From: Deltaproteobacteria bacterium
Lineage (GTDB): Bacteria > Desulfobacterota > Binatia > Bin18
Direction: 5' to 3'
Assembly (NCBI GenBank): GCA_016874775.1
Contig: VGTJ01000004.1
Span: forward strand, 4,896-68,895
Length of the DNA stretch: 64,000 bases
Numbering within the stretch: the first letter of the stretch is position 1; every line of letters starts with the position of its first letter. The notes beneath the pieces are model-generated. The model had not been told where the DNA came from, searched no databases, and saw nothing but the letters and a program-made list of their open reading frames with translations. Both the position numbers and the translations under genes were made by a program. Positions 36,437 through 44,945 of this stretch are shown piece by piece.

Positions 36437-36556
36437 GCAGTACAAAAGACCGGCAAACCGCTGTGGCCGTGGCTGCCCTTTGTGACGCTCGGCTTGCTAT
36501 TGATCGACTGGTGGCGAACAATGCGACCGTCGGCCAGAGTCACGGCAAGAATATGA
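36437..36556 (+). pseudogene. Remnant of a BatA/VWA-protein 3' end (C-terminal TM anchor only)
   Basis: It translates to AVQKTGKPLWPWLPFVTLGLLLIDWWRTMRPSARVTARI-stop and has no start codon. It aligns at nucleotide and protein level with 34658..34774 (KTGKPLWPWLLLGVVCLLMIEWWWAMRQP). Confidence 0.55.
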
Positions 36557-36566
36557 AGGCGTAACG

Positions 36567-37172
36567 CTACCTGTTCGGGAGGAGCCCCAATTCCTTCGAG
36601 TCTTCTGAGGTGCCACCGGTATACTCATCGGGTTCTTCTGGGTGTCCGTGTTCGTCCCAATTTTTCCAGATGCCGACCTCTTTACCATTCTCGAAATGGC
36701 CTTGTGTAGAGAGTTGACCATTCTCGTGAAAGTCTTGCCAGAGACCGTGTTGCTTGCCGTACCGGTACTCTCCACGTGAAAATAGCCACCCTTCATTCGC
36801 GAAAAACTCCTCTGTTGGACCGTGCTTGACCCACGTCGTGCCGTCGGCAGCGAGCACTCGTTGATAACGACTGGTGACAACGCCTTTTCGCGTACGCTCC
36901 TCGACTCGTTGCATTCGGTGAGACTGATTGTCGTCAAGAACCACGGCTGACTCGCTTAAGACAATCGGCTCGGGATCCCGTGCGCTGCCTCGGATACGCC
37001 GCACCATCTGCCAGAGCACGGCGAATAAAGCACCACCGATGCAGACGATCGCGATATCTGTCGCACCGTCAATGGCTTCTTTTCCGAAGAGGAGTGGAAC
37101 GAGTGTGAACGACAAGATTCCGACAACGAATAGGCTGAGAACGAACCTCTGCCAGAAAATGATGAACTCCAC
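36567..37172 (-). CDS. Membrane-anchored MORN-variant (YwqK-like) repeat protein
   Basis: GTG start 5 nt after AAGGAGG. Two TM helices. The C-terminal repeats are YRYGKQHGLWQDFHENGQL and FENGKEVGIWKNWDEHG. Confidence 0.65.
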   Translation of the reverse strand: MEFIIFWQRFVLSLFVVGILSFTLVPLLFGKEAIDGATDIAIVCIGGALFAVLWQMVRRIRGSARDPEPIVLSESAVVLDDNQSHRMQRVEERTRKGVVTSRYQRVLAADGTTWVKHGPTEEFFANEGWLFSRGEYRYGKQHGLWQDFHENGQLSTQGHFENGKEVGIWKNWDEHGHPEEPDEYTGGTSEDSKELGLLPNR

Positions 37173-37488
37173 AGGGACCTCCTTACCTTTCCGCGAATAG
37201 GGAGTTATTGAGAACACCGATGACTGTCGTAAGGGCAGATCGGCACAACAGCTTCTAAGTATGCTTAGAGAAGGCCGCGATCCACGTCCGTACCTCCGGT
37301 AGTCCAAATTGCATGGCGTGCAGAAATTCTGCCCACGCGCCGTCGATGTCTCCTGACCGATATCGGAAGCTGCCGCGGGAAACATAGAGCCAAACCTCTC
37401 ACGGAACCCATCTATTATATATAGGAAGAGGCGGTCATTGGTTTCAGCCTACTTTTCTGACAACCTTTACGGAGTTTAGATTTTCACC

Positions 37489-38106
37489 ATGACACGAACA
37501 TCCCTCTTCGTCCGATTCGTCTTGCTGTTCCTGGCTATTTTGCCTTCGTCGCCTGCCGATGCCGTAACCAGGGACGAAGCCCTTCTCGGCAAGGCGATCA
37601 CTACGCCAAAGCTCGATACGCCATTCTTTCATACGACGGAGACCTCGTATCACTGGTGGATCGTAGAAGACGACAACGGGCATGTGGAGGACACGACAGA
37701 CGGCGTGATTGACGCCAACGATCTGCTACGGGTCGAGCACACCGCGAGTTGTGTCTCCAGCCATCAGGGTAAACATCAGATGAACTTTTGTGACGCCATG
37801 ACAACCCCTAACGGCGTCACACTCGTATTCACGGGTGGACTCCCAGCCTATGCGAGTTCCCTCACGGTTATGATCGACCGGACGCTCCACTACCGCTGTT
37901 TATTCTCAGCAACATACCCTGCGCTAACAAACCCGTTGCAGTGGAAGATCCTCAAACAGGAACTTCGCCTCAAATCTCCTGACCTGCGGAGGGGCGCTCG
38001 CATCTATGGCTGGTTGTCCGTGACGTTTGCGGAAATCGATACGATCACTCACGAAACCAGGACGTACAAGATCGAGGGATACTTTAAACCTGTCCTTCAA
38101 CACTAG
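37489..38106 (+). CDS. Hypothetical secreted protein
   Basis: Signal peptide FVRFVLLFLAILPSSPADA. No family recognised. Confidence 0.55.
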   Translation: MTRTSLFVRFVLLFLAILPSSPADAVTRDEALLGKAITTPKLDTPFFHTTETSYHWWIVEDDNGHVEDTTDGVIDANDLLRVEHTASCVSSHQGKHQMNFCDAMTTPNGVTLVFTGGLPAYASSLTVMIDRTLHYRCLFSATYPALTNPLQWKILKQELRLKSPDLRRGARIYGWLSVTFAEIDTITHETRTYKIEGYFKPVLQH

Positions 38107-38223
38107 TACCGTGTCTCATAACTTCGTGAGCAGTTGTAGGGCGTGCGAAGCGCGCCAACTGACTGGCGCGTGGTACGCGCCCTACGATTTCACCGCGAAT
38201 GAACTTGCGAAACACGGTACTAG
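38103..38223. repeat. Nested ~120-nt palindrome (REPIN-like doublet with GTAGGGCG heads)
   Basis: The outer arms are ctagtaccgtgt... and ...acacggtactag. The inner arms are gtagggcgtgcgaagcgcgcca and tggcgcgtggtacgcgccctac. It overlaps the stop codon of 37489..38106. Confidence 0.85.
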
Positions 38224-38709
38224 GCACCATGAGTAGCCTTCGCCAAGCATGGAAAGGCGCAGGCTTGGTACCAGCGCTAAAACGCTTCTTGTGTCGAAAA
38301 TAGCAGATGGCAGGATGTTCCTCTCAGACGTTGCTCATTTTTACGTGTCGCGTTTCGAACTGTTCCTGAGAGATGGCTTTTTCGTAAAAGAAGTAGCGCT
38401 AGGCATCTGTTGCTAACCACGTGTGAGTAATGATGGTAAAAGTTTTTGGATCACTACTGTGCAGCGGTTTGGCCAGGCCCAGTACGATATGGAGCGCGAT
38501 GTAGCCGCCAGCACTGAGCAAGAAGGCGCTGATCAGGAAGAAGGCAAAGACTTTAAGCGAACGAAACATAGGGAAACGGCCTGGCGCGCAGGAAGTCTTC
38601 GTTTGAAAAACTCACCGTGAGGCCCTTACTCACGAAATGTGAATGCCAGTGTGAGATTTCGCCCCTAACCCCTTGACGCGCCAAACCTGTCTCTCTGAGA
38701 ATGTCGGTG

Positions 38710-39600
38710 TTACGACCTTCCACCCACGTGCGTTCCCTGGCTCGCAAACGCATCCTTGCCATGCGCATAGGCAAAAATGTTTTGCCCCGCGTTGCGGTTC
38801 ACCAACTCACGTCCCCACATGGGATGGAACATGCTACGCACTTCATGCTCAATCGTGCACAGTACGCGCCCTGAATCTGGATCGATAACATCGCGGAAAC
38901 GATACTGATGATTATCACTTTCTTCGCAGACGAGCCCACGTTCTTTCAAGAAGGAATGTGGACCGGAGAAGTTGGCAATGTACACGGCAATGTGATGGCC
39001 ATCATAGGCAGGGATCGGCGCGGTGGTCTCACGAAACATCAGTTTTTGTGAACGGCCAACTTGCACACAGGCCACTGCGCCCTGTTTGCCCGGCGTCCAG
39101 GTGGTTGGTGCTTGCATGATTTCCTTGTAGAACTGGGCGACACCTAACGCGGAGTTGGGTTCGACCATAAACTCAAGATAGGGAATTCCTAATGTCATAT
39201 CACCAAATTGCGGACCAGGAGCGTGGACACGAAACTTATTACCCCACGGGCAGGTGATAGCAATGTGACCATTCTCTTCTGCGCAGCAGAACGAGGTGCC
39301 GGTAAGCTTGGTCTGTGCGCGTTCCAAGCGACGTTTGAGTCCATCGAGGTCGGGAACGACGAGGCCGATGAGGCCGCGCAGCACTTGTGGTTGCCGAGTA
39401 GGAAGATGAAATTGCTGCTCACCGATATTCACCCACATATTCTCTGTCCCCACCATCATGTAGGGGTCGCGGGTGAGCCCGAGGGTTTGAATATAAAATT
39501 GTAATGCAATGTTTTGATCTGGAACGGTAACGTTGACGTGCTCCATTGCTAAGATGTTGCCAACATCTTGTGTCGTACGATCATAATTTTTTTCGGCCAT
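38710..39600 (-). CDS. VOC-superfamily (glyoxalase/dioxygenase-fold) protein
   Basis: The start is at MAEKNYDR behind AGGAGG. It has two beta-alpha-beta-beta-beta-like modules (MEHVNVTVPD, GHHIAVYI). The family assignment is tentative. Confidence 0.6.
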   Translation of the reverse strand: MAEKNYDRTTQDVGNILAMEHVNVTVPDQNIALQFYIQTLGLTRDPYMMVGTENMWVNIGEQQFHLPTRQPQVLRGLIGLVVPDLDGLKRRLERAQTKLTGTSFCCAEENGHIAITCPWGNKFRVHAPGPQFGDMTLGIPYLEFMVEPNSALGVAQFYKEIMQAPTTWTPGKQGAVACVQVGRSQKLMFRETTAPIPAYDGHHIAVYIANFSGPHSFLKERGLVCEESDNHQYRFRDVIDPDSGRVLCTIEHEVRSMFHPMWGRELVNRNAGQNIFAYAHGKDAFASQGTHVGGRS

Positions 39601-39668
39601 GTGTTTTTCCTCCTTTACGGGATGGGCCAAGCTTAGTCCGATTGCGTATGGTTTTGCAAGGTTAGCGT

Positions 39669-39926
39669 ATGGAGTTTTTGTTACCCAGGTATTGCTGTCG
39701 TTCTGGCGTATACCTCCATCATGAAGTACAGTCACAAGCTCTGGACAACTGGATACCGATCGGCATTTGGATCAACACTATTGCGTTAATTGCTGCGAGT
39801 GTTGCAACGGTCATTTCCTTACGAAGGATTGCTGAAGTCTTGAACCGTGTTGAGGAAACAGCCGCACGTGGAGAGCGAATGACGGCGGAGGTCCTTACGC
39901 GGTTAACCAGCTCAACTGCGCAATAG
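39669..39926 (+). CDS. Possible small membrane protein
   Basis: An 85-aa ORF with one TM helix (WIPIGIWINTIALIAASVATVISL) in an otherwise empty 330-nt gap. The RBS is weak. Confidence 0.3.
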   Translation: MEFLLPRYCCRSGVYLHHEVQSQALDNWIPIGIWINTIALIAASVATVISLRRIAEVLNRVEETAARGERMTAEVLTRLTSSTAQ

Positions 39927-39933
39927 GAAATTG

Positions 39934-40647
39934 CTACCCGATCCGACGGAAGTGTCGTGTCTCGATCTTGGGAGAGTCGAGTGGCGAACACGCGACGAGC
40001 GTCTGATCTGCCATCCCGACAAACAAGCCGTGACCAACAATACCCGGAATCGCATTGAGTTGCTGATTCAGTCGCGCAGCATCGGTAATCGCGTCAAACT
40101 TGACATCGAGAATCGGGTGCCCAAGGTCGGACATCACCGGCCCGAGCTTGCCGTTGCTTGAGCGAATTTTCGCTTGCCCACCGAACTCTCGCACTTTTTG
40201 CATCACAAACGCGAGAGCTGGAGTAATCACTTCTACTGGGACCGCCGTGCGTGCGCCGAGTACTGAAACCGGCTTACTCTCGTCAGCGACGACAACAAAT
40301 TGTTTTGCCATAGCGGCAACGAGTTTTTCCATGATGTGGGCGCCGCCACCACCTTTCACCAGGTTTCCTGCAGGATCGATTTCATCGGCCCCATCGACCG
40401 TAATATCCACACGTTCCACACCCATAGGGTCGAGGAGCGGTATCCCTGCTTCCTTGGCGAGGAAATGCGATTGAAATGAGGTCGGAACGCCAACGACTTG
40501 CAGTCGGCCTGAGCGGACTCTCACTCCCAGTTCTTGAATGAAGTACACAAGCGTCGAGCCCGACCCAAGGCCAACCACTGCGTTATTTGTCACAAGTTCG
40601 AGTGCCGCCAAGGCGGCGGCTTTTTTCAGTGCATCTACATCACTCAT
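39934..40647 (-). CDS. rpiA: Ribose-5-phosphate isomerase A
   Basis: VGLGSGST, DGADEID and KGGGGAH..EK motifs. Confidence 0.9.
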   Translation of the reverse strand: MSDVDALKKAAALAALELVTNNAVVGLGSGSTLVYFIQELGVRVRSGRLQVVGVPTSFQSHFLAKEAGIPLLDPMGVERVDITVDGADEIDPAGNLVKGGGGAHIMEKLVAAMAKQFVVVADESKPVSVLGARTAVPVEVITPALAFVMQKVREFGGQAKIRSSNGKLGPVMSDLGHPILDVKFDAITDAARLNQQLNAIPGIVGHGLFVGMADQTLVACSPLDSPKIETRHFRRIG

Positions 40648-40838
40648 GTTTTAGCCCCCCATGACCGACATTGTAGCAATGTTTCTGAGCCTCGGCAGAA
40701 ACACAAGGGCTGGTAGGGGAGCCGGGAGAAGGGCCCTATATCTAGCGTGGGTAGACTAAGTGGTGTAAACAAGGATTCATCGCTTACAGGTCTCGTGTAG
40801 ACCGTGTGCACGTCTTGTGGTGGAGGGACGATAACGTG

Positions 40839-41825
40839 ATGCGCATTTCTCTAGACCCGTGGGGTGGAGACTATGGTAGCCAGATGACGGCTCCTGGTGA
40901 AGTGGACAGCGAGGTGACGACAGCACAAGTGATTGGTAGGCAAGAGGAGGAGGGACCATGGAAACCGCGAACTCCTAACCCGTCGGCTTTGCCTGAAGTG
41001 ACGACGATCATTGATGGCGTCATGCGGGTTGATGCGCCTGCCGTGGTGAGTGATGAGGATCGGCGTTACCTGGCGATTTTCGGTTCCTATGCGTCTGGTG
41101 CGGTGCAAGTGAATCATCGCGTTGCGATTGTTGAGGAGAGCATTAACCGCCTTTTTGTTGTTGGTGGTGGTTATTCTGGAGCTGATGTCCATGTCCAAGC
41201 TGGCAATGGGACCAAAACGCCGCTTGTCTACCGTAATATTAGCTCGCCTGAATCAACGCCTGATGATTTGCGGCGAGCTCTGATGACCGAAATGCGGCAA
41301 ACCGAGATCGACATTGCCCGCAAATTGTCGGGACCAGAACATTTAGTGCTTGCTGATGGTAATCTTACGTTTCTTGCGGATAGCTCATCGATTGTCGGAG
41401 TGATTAAAACGATCCAACGGCTCTACCTCACTGGTAAAGATGCGGTGATTCTTGAAAAGCTCAAACCTGGTGACCGCACTCCCCTCTTCCGTTTCTCTGG
41501 CAGTAGTAAGAATCGCAGCTTTGAGGTGTATACCTGTTACTTACGCTTGGCTGAACCACGACCGATTGAGCATCACTATGCCGGGCTGGTGCGGCTAGAA
41601 GTAAAGGTGGGACTTGGCGTGCAAAACGCAGTGGAGCTGCTCGATCAAGCGGCGGTGAAAGTTGTGGCGCTGGCTTCTCGCGCTCCGAAAGATCCGCGTG
41701 CACCGCAGAATTTGATTCCAGTTGGCGGGCTCGAACGACAGTTGCGTCACAAGTTGGGTGACCCACAATTAGTGCGTCGTGGTATCGAACGCGAGTTGCT
41801 CGACCGACGCAATAGGGAGGCATAA
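40839..41825 (+). CDS. nurA: NurA-like nuclease (putative)
   Basis: Acidic motifs are spaced as in the NurA/RNase-H-like fold (IIDGV, EIDIARKL, LVLADGNL). The stop overlaps the start of the HerA-like ATPase gene (ATAATGG). The assignment leans on this context. Confidence 0.5.
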   Translation: MRISLDPWGGDYGSQMTAPGEVDSEVTTAQVIGRQEEEGPWKPRTPNPSALPEVTTIIDGVMRVDAPAVVSDEDRRYLAIFGSYASGAVQVNHRVAIVEESINRLFVVGGGYSGADVHVQAGNGTKTPLVYRNISSPESTPDDLRRALMTEMRQTEIDIARKLSGPEHLVLADGNLTFLADSSSIVGVIKTIQRLYLTGKDAVILEKLKPGDRTPLFRFSGSSKNRSFEVYTCYLRLAEPRPIEHHYAGLVRLEVKVGLGVQNAVELLDQAAVKVVALASRAPKDPRAPQNLIPVGGLERQLRHKLGDPQLVRRGIERELLDRRNREA

Positions 41826-43540
41826 TGGGCAGAGTGATCGGCACGCAGGACGCTACACCACTCGAATTCTGGGTGTGGTTGGATGAGACCGAACCGGTGC
41901 AGCAGGACGAGATGATCGTGGTCGAGACCGATACGCCGGTTGGGCCGATCAAGTTGTTCGGTATGGTCGACATTATCCGTGCGCGCCATCAAGGGTCAAC
42001 GTTTGATTCTGATGTCGTCGAAGCCGAACGCGGACTACCGGTTGAACTCTCGATTGCTGCGCATGTGCGAGTGACACGCATTGACCCTGAATATTACTAT
42101 CCGCCTCGCCCGGGTGATCAGGTCCGTGTTGTCAGTGGCGAGGAATATGCCAAAGCGCTGTTCATGGACAAGATGGAGCGTAAGTTCCCACTTGGGCTAG
42201 CGCTCTCACGAAAAGAAGTGGTGTACGGCAATCTCGACTTTCTCAATGGCCGCAAAGGCGCGCATATCAATATCAGCGGTGTCTCTGGTATTGCCACCAA
42301 GACGACCTACACGACCTTTCTTCTGCACAGTTTGTTAAATTGTGGCGCATTGAGCGATCCGGCCAATACCCATGCGATTATCTTCAATGTGAAGGGCGAA
42401 GACCTGCTGTTCCTCGATAAGAAGAACAACCAGTTAAGTCCTGGTGATATCGCCGAATACGAAATGATGGAACTGCCGGCTGAGGCGTTTGATTCGGTGC
42501 AGTTCTATGTCCCGCCCGTGGACAATGGCAATGGCCCGATTCAGCCGCGCGTTGGAGCGCGTAAAGCCGATGAAGTGACGCCATATTTCTGGACCGTACG
42601 CAGTTTCTGCCGCGATCATTTGCTACGCTACTTGTTTACCGATGCGAGCGAAGATTCTTCGCTACTCTCGACCTTAGTGTATCAAGTAGAGCGTCGTTTA
42701 AGTGAGGCAGCGGAAGAAGCGGAGAAAACCGATCCGAACGGTGCAAGCGTCTTTCTGCAACTTAGGAAAAGGAAGAGTGGAAAAGGGGAAGAGGACGGCG
42801 AGGAAAGTGCAGTTGAACCACCACAAGAGATTCGTGACTTCCGTTCGTTAATTGGTGCCATTGAAGCAATTGCGTCCTCAACGAACCAAGCCTCCGGTAC
42901 CATTGGCGCCTTTATGCGGCGCCTCTATGGCACTGAAGAGAAAATGTCGTCGATCATTCGTGATCCGAGTGATGCTGATCCCCAGCGGCACATGATCAAC
43001 TGGCGTGCGAAGCAGGTGACAGTGGTCAGTCTCACCGGACTCTACGAAGTTGGTAAAGGCTTTGTGGTGGGATCAGTTCTGCAACAGATTCAAGAAGAGA
43101 AAGAGGCCACAGGTTCGGCTGAGCCACTGTGCTTCATTGTTGTTGATGAATTGAACCGTTACGCCCCGCGTGATGGCTGGTCACCGATTCGTGAGCGCTT
43201 GCTGGAAATCGCCGAACGTGGACGTTCCAGCGGCACGATTTTGATTGGCGCGCAGCAAACTGCGTCAGAAGTTGAACGTCGGATTGTTGCTAACCCAGCA
43301 TTTCGTATCGTTGGTCGACTAGACGCAGCAGAGGCGGAACGCGCGGAATACGGCTTCCTGCCGCCAACACTGCGGCAGAGAGCGAAGATTCTCACTTCGG
43401 GCCGCATGATTGTGTCACAGCCTGATATTCCGACGCCGGTGCCGGTCTGTTTTCCAATGCCAGCTTGGGCGACGCGAGCGGAAGAAGTCGAGATGCCACC
43501 ACCGAATTTGAAGTTGGCTAAAGTGAGAAGGAGTTCATGA
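41825..43540 (+). CDS. herA: HerA-type (FtsK/HerA superfamily, DUF87-like) ATPase
   Basis: The N-terminal HAS-barrel-like region is GRVIGTQDATPLEFWVWL ... IVVE. The P-loop region is ISGVSGIATKTTY (deviant) and Walker B is CFIVVDELNRYAP. GRSSGTILIGAQQTASEV follows. Confidence 0.7.
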   Translation: MGRVIGTQDATPLEFWVWLDETEPVQQDEMIVVETDTPVGPIKLFGMVDIIRARHQGSTFDSDVVEAERGLPVELSIAAHVRVTRIDPEYYYPPRPGDQVRVVSGEEYAKALFMDKMERKFPLGLALSRKEVVYGNLDFLNGRKGAHINISGVSGIATKTTYTTFLLHSLLNCGALSDPANTHAIIFNVKGEDLLFLDKKNNQLSPGDIAEYEMMELPAEAFDSVQFYVPPVDNGNGPIQPRVGARKADEVTPYFWTVRSFCRDHLLRYLFTDASEDSSLLSTLVYQVERRLSEAAEEAEKTDPNGASVFLQLRKRKSGKGEEDGEESAVEPPQEIRDFRSLIGAIEAIASSTNQASGTIGAFMRRLYGTEEKMSSIIRDPSDADPQRHMINWRAKQVTVVSLTGLYEVGKGFVVGSVLQQIQEEKEATGSAEPLCFIVVDELNRYAPRDGWSPIRERLLEIAERGRSSGTILIGAQQTASEVERRIVANPAFRIVGRLDAAEAERAEYGFLPPTLRQRAKILTSGRMIVSQPDIPTPVPVCFPMPAWATRAEEVEMPPPNLKLAKVRRSS

Positions 43541-43585
43541 ACATCGCTCGGTCTGATTGTTCTTTTGCTGTAGAGTTCTTCTTGA

Positions 43586-43627
43586 GTCCCCCTCACCCTA
43601 GCCCTCTCCCCCGAGGGGAGAGGGGAC
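43586..43627. repeat. GC-rich palindrome (CCCTCTCCCC-CGA-GGGGAGAGGG) between herA and sbcD
   Basis: gtccccctcaccctagccctctcccccgaggggagaggggac. A related element lies at 58803..58867. Confidence 0.85.
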
Positions 43628-43649
43628 TTTATTGCCAAGGTGTGGATGT

Positions 43650-44831
43650 ATGAAATTCCTTCACACCTCCGACTGGCATGTTGGCCGCACGATTCGCAAC
43701 CGCTCGCGCATTGACGAACATCAGGCCGTTTTTGCTGAGATTGTCGACATTGCCAAACGCGAGCAGGTTGATGCGGTGCTCATTACTGGCGATGTCTTTC
43801 ACGAACGTCGCCCACCGCTTGAAGCCGAAGAATTAGTAGCGCAGACCCTTGCTGATTTTGCTCGGGCGCAAATTCCGTCAGTAATGATCCCTGGTAATCA
43901 TGACGACCCGTATCGCTTACGGACGCTCAAGCCATTGGGTGATCTCGTGCAAGTCCATGTCGTGGCTGACTTTGGCGAAGATCTTTCTTCACTCATTGTG
44001 CCGATCCCGTCGCGGGAGGGAAAAGAAAAAGCCTTAGTGGGCTGTCTACCGTATTTGTCGCCGCATGCAGTCTTAACTGCAGCCGAAGGTGCCGGCGCGT
44101 CAGAAGATGTCCGCCTTGCGACGTATCAGAGCAAAGTACAGGACTACTTTCGGGCACTCGAAGAAGCAATGAAGCGACAGGATCGGAACGCTGTGACAGT
44201 GATGCTTGCGCACGCTCATCTCTCTGAATGTGAGTTCGGTGGCGGTGAATGGCGATCAAGTGTCTATCCGATCAGCTCGACGTTTCTGCCTGCCCATGTG
44301 CAATATGTCGCGCTCGGGCACATGCATAAACCGCAGGTGATTCCCGGCGCGAAATCGCAAGCGCGTTATGCAGGCTCAATTTTGCAAATGGATTTCGGCG
44401 AACGTGATGACAAAAAGAGCGTGTGTCTCATCGAAGCTCATCCCAATAAGCCAGCGATGGTTACGCCCATCGAATTAAGCGCCGGGAAGTGGCTCTTACG
44501 CCGCACAGGGAGTGCTGAGGAGATCCTTTCCCAAGCAAGTGAGTTTACTGATGCATGGGTAGAGGTTGTCTTGCAAGCTGATAAACGTGCCTTCGAGCTA
44601 GCCGAGCAGGTGCGGACCTTACCTGGTGTGATCGCCATGCGCTTTGAGGAAGTTGAAACCCAGAATCGGGGAATCGGGGAATCGGCGAATCGGAGCAATG
44701 GGGATCGTCCTGCACGTGAGTTATTCACCGACTATTACCGCACCAAACGCAAGAATGATCCTGACCCTCAGTTGCTAGCATTGTTTGATCGATTGTATCA
44801 GGAAGCAAGCACGGCAAAGGATGAGACATAA
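43650..44831 (+). CDS. sbcD: Exonuclease SbcCD, nuclease subunit D (Mre11 family)
   Basis: MKFLHTSDWHVGR, GDVFH, PGNHDD and LGHMH phosphoesterase motifs. The C-terminal region contains a GAATCGG-type repeat (44663-44695). Confidence 0.9.
   Translation: MKFLHTSDWHVGRTIRNRSRIDEHQAVFAEIVDIAKREQVDAVLITGDVFHERRPPLEAEELVAQTLADFARAQIPSVMIPGNHDDPYRLRTLKPLGDLVQVHVVADFGEDLSSLIVPIPSREGKEKALVGCLPYLSPHAVLTAAEGAGASEDVRLATYQSKVQDYFRALEEAMKRQDRNAVTVMLAHAHLSECEFGGGEWRSSVYPISSTFLPAHVQYVALGHMHKPQVIPGAKSQARYAGSILQMDFGERDDKKSVCLIEAHPNKPAMVTPIELSAGKWLLRRTGSAEEILSQASEFTDAWVEVVLQADKRAFELAEQVRTLPGVIAMRFEEVETQNRGIGESANRSNGDRPARELFTDYYRTKRKNDPDPQLLALFDRLYQEASTAKDET
44663..44695. repeat. GAATCGG-family short tandem repeat inside the sbcD coding region
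   Basis: gaatcggggaatcggggaatcggcgaatcggag encodes NRGIGESANRS. The same motif family occurs in the spacers at 23060, 13358 and 56001-56093. Confidence 0.85.
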
Positions 44832-44835
44832 AAAA

Positions 44836-44940
44836 GGGGTTGGGGGTTAGGGGTTGGGGACTGGTCCCTTCCCCACAAGCCCCTAGTCTCTAGCCCCAAG
44901 TCTCAATTCTCCAAATCCCGACCCCTAATCCCCAACCCCC
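44836..44940. repeat. Long imperfect hairpin (GGGGTT(A/G) arrays) between sbcD and sbcC
   Basis: ggggttgggggttaggggttgggga (44836-44860) faces tcccgacccctaatccccaaccccc (44916-44940). Confidence 0.85.
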
Positions 44941-44945
44941 AAGTT

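Noticed and set aside
38423-38620. 65-aa plus-strand ORF in the 38.2-38.7 kb gap.
   Set aside because: It has a charged, low-complexity product and no RBS. The opposite strand carries a more protein-like 56-aa hydrophobic ORF (38399..38569), but that also lacks an RBS. I left both uncalled.
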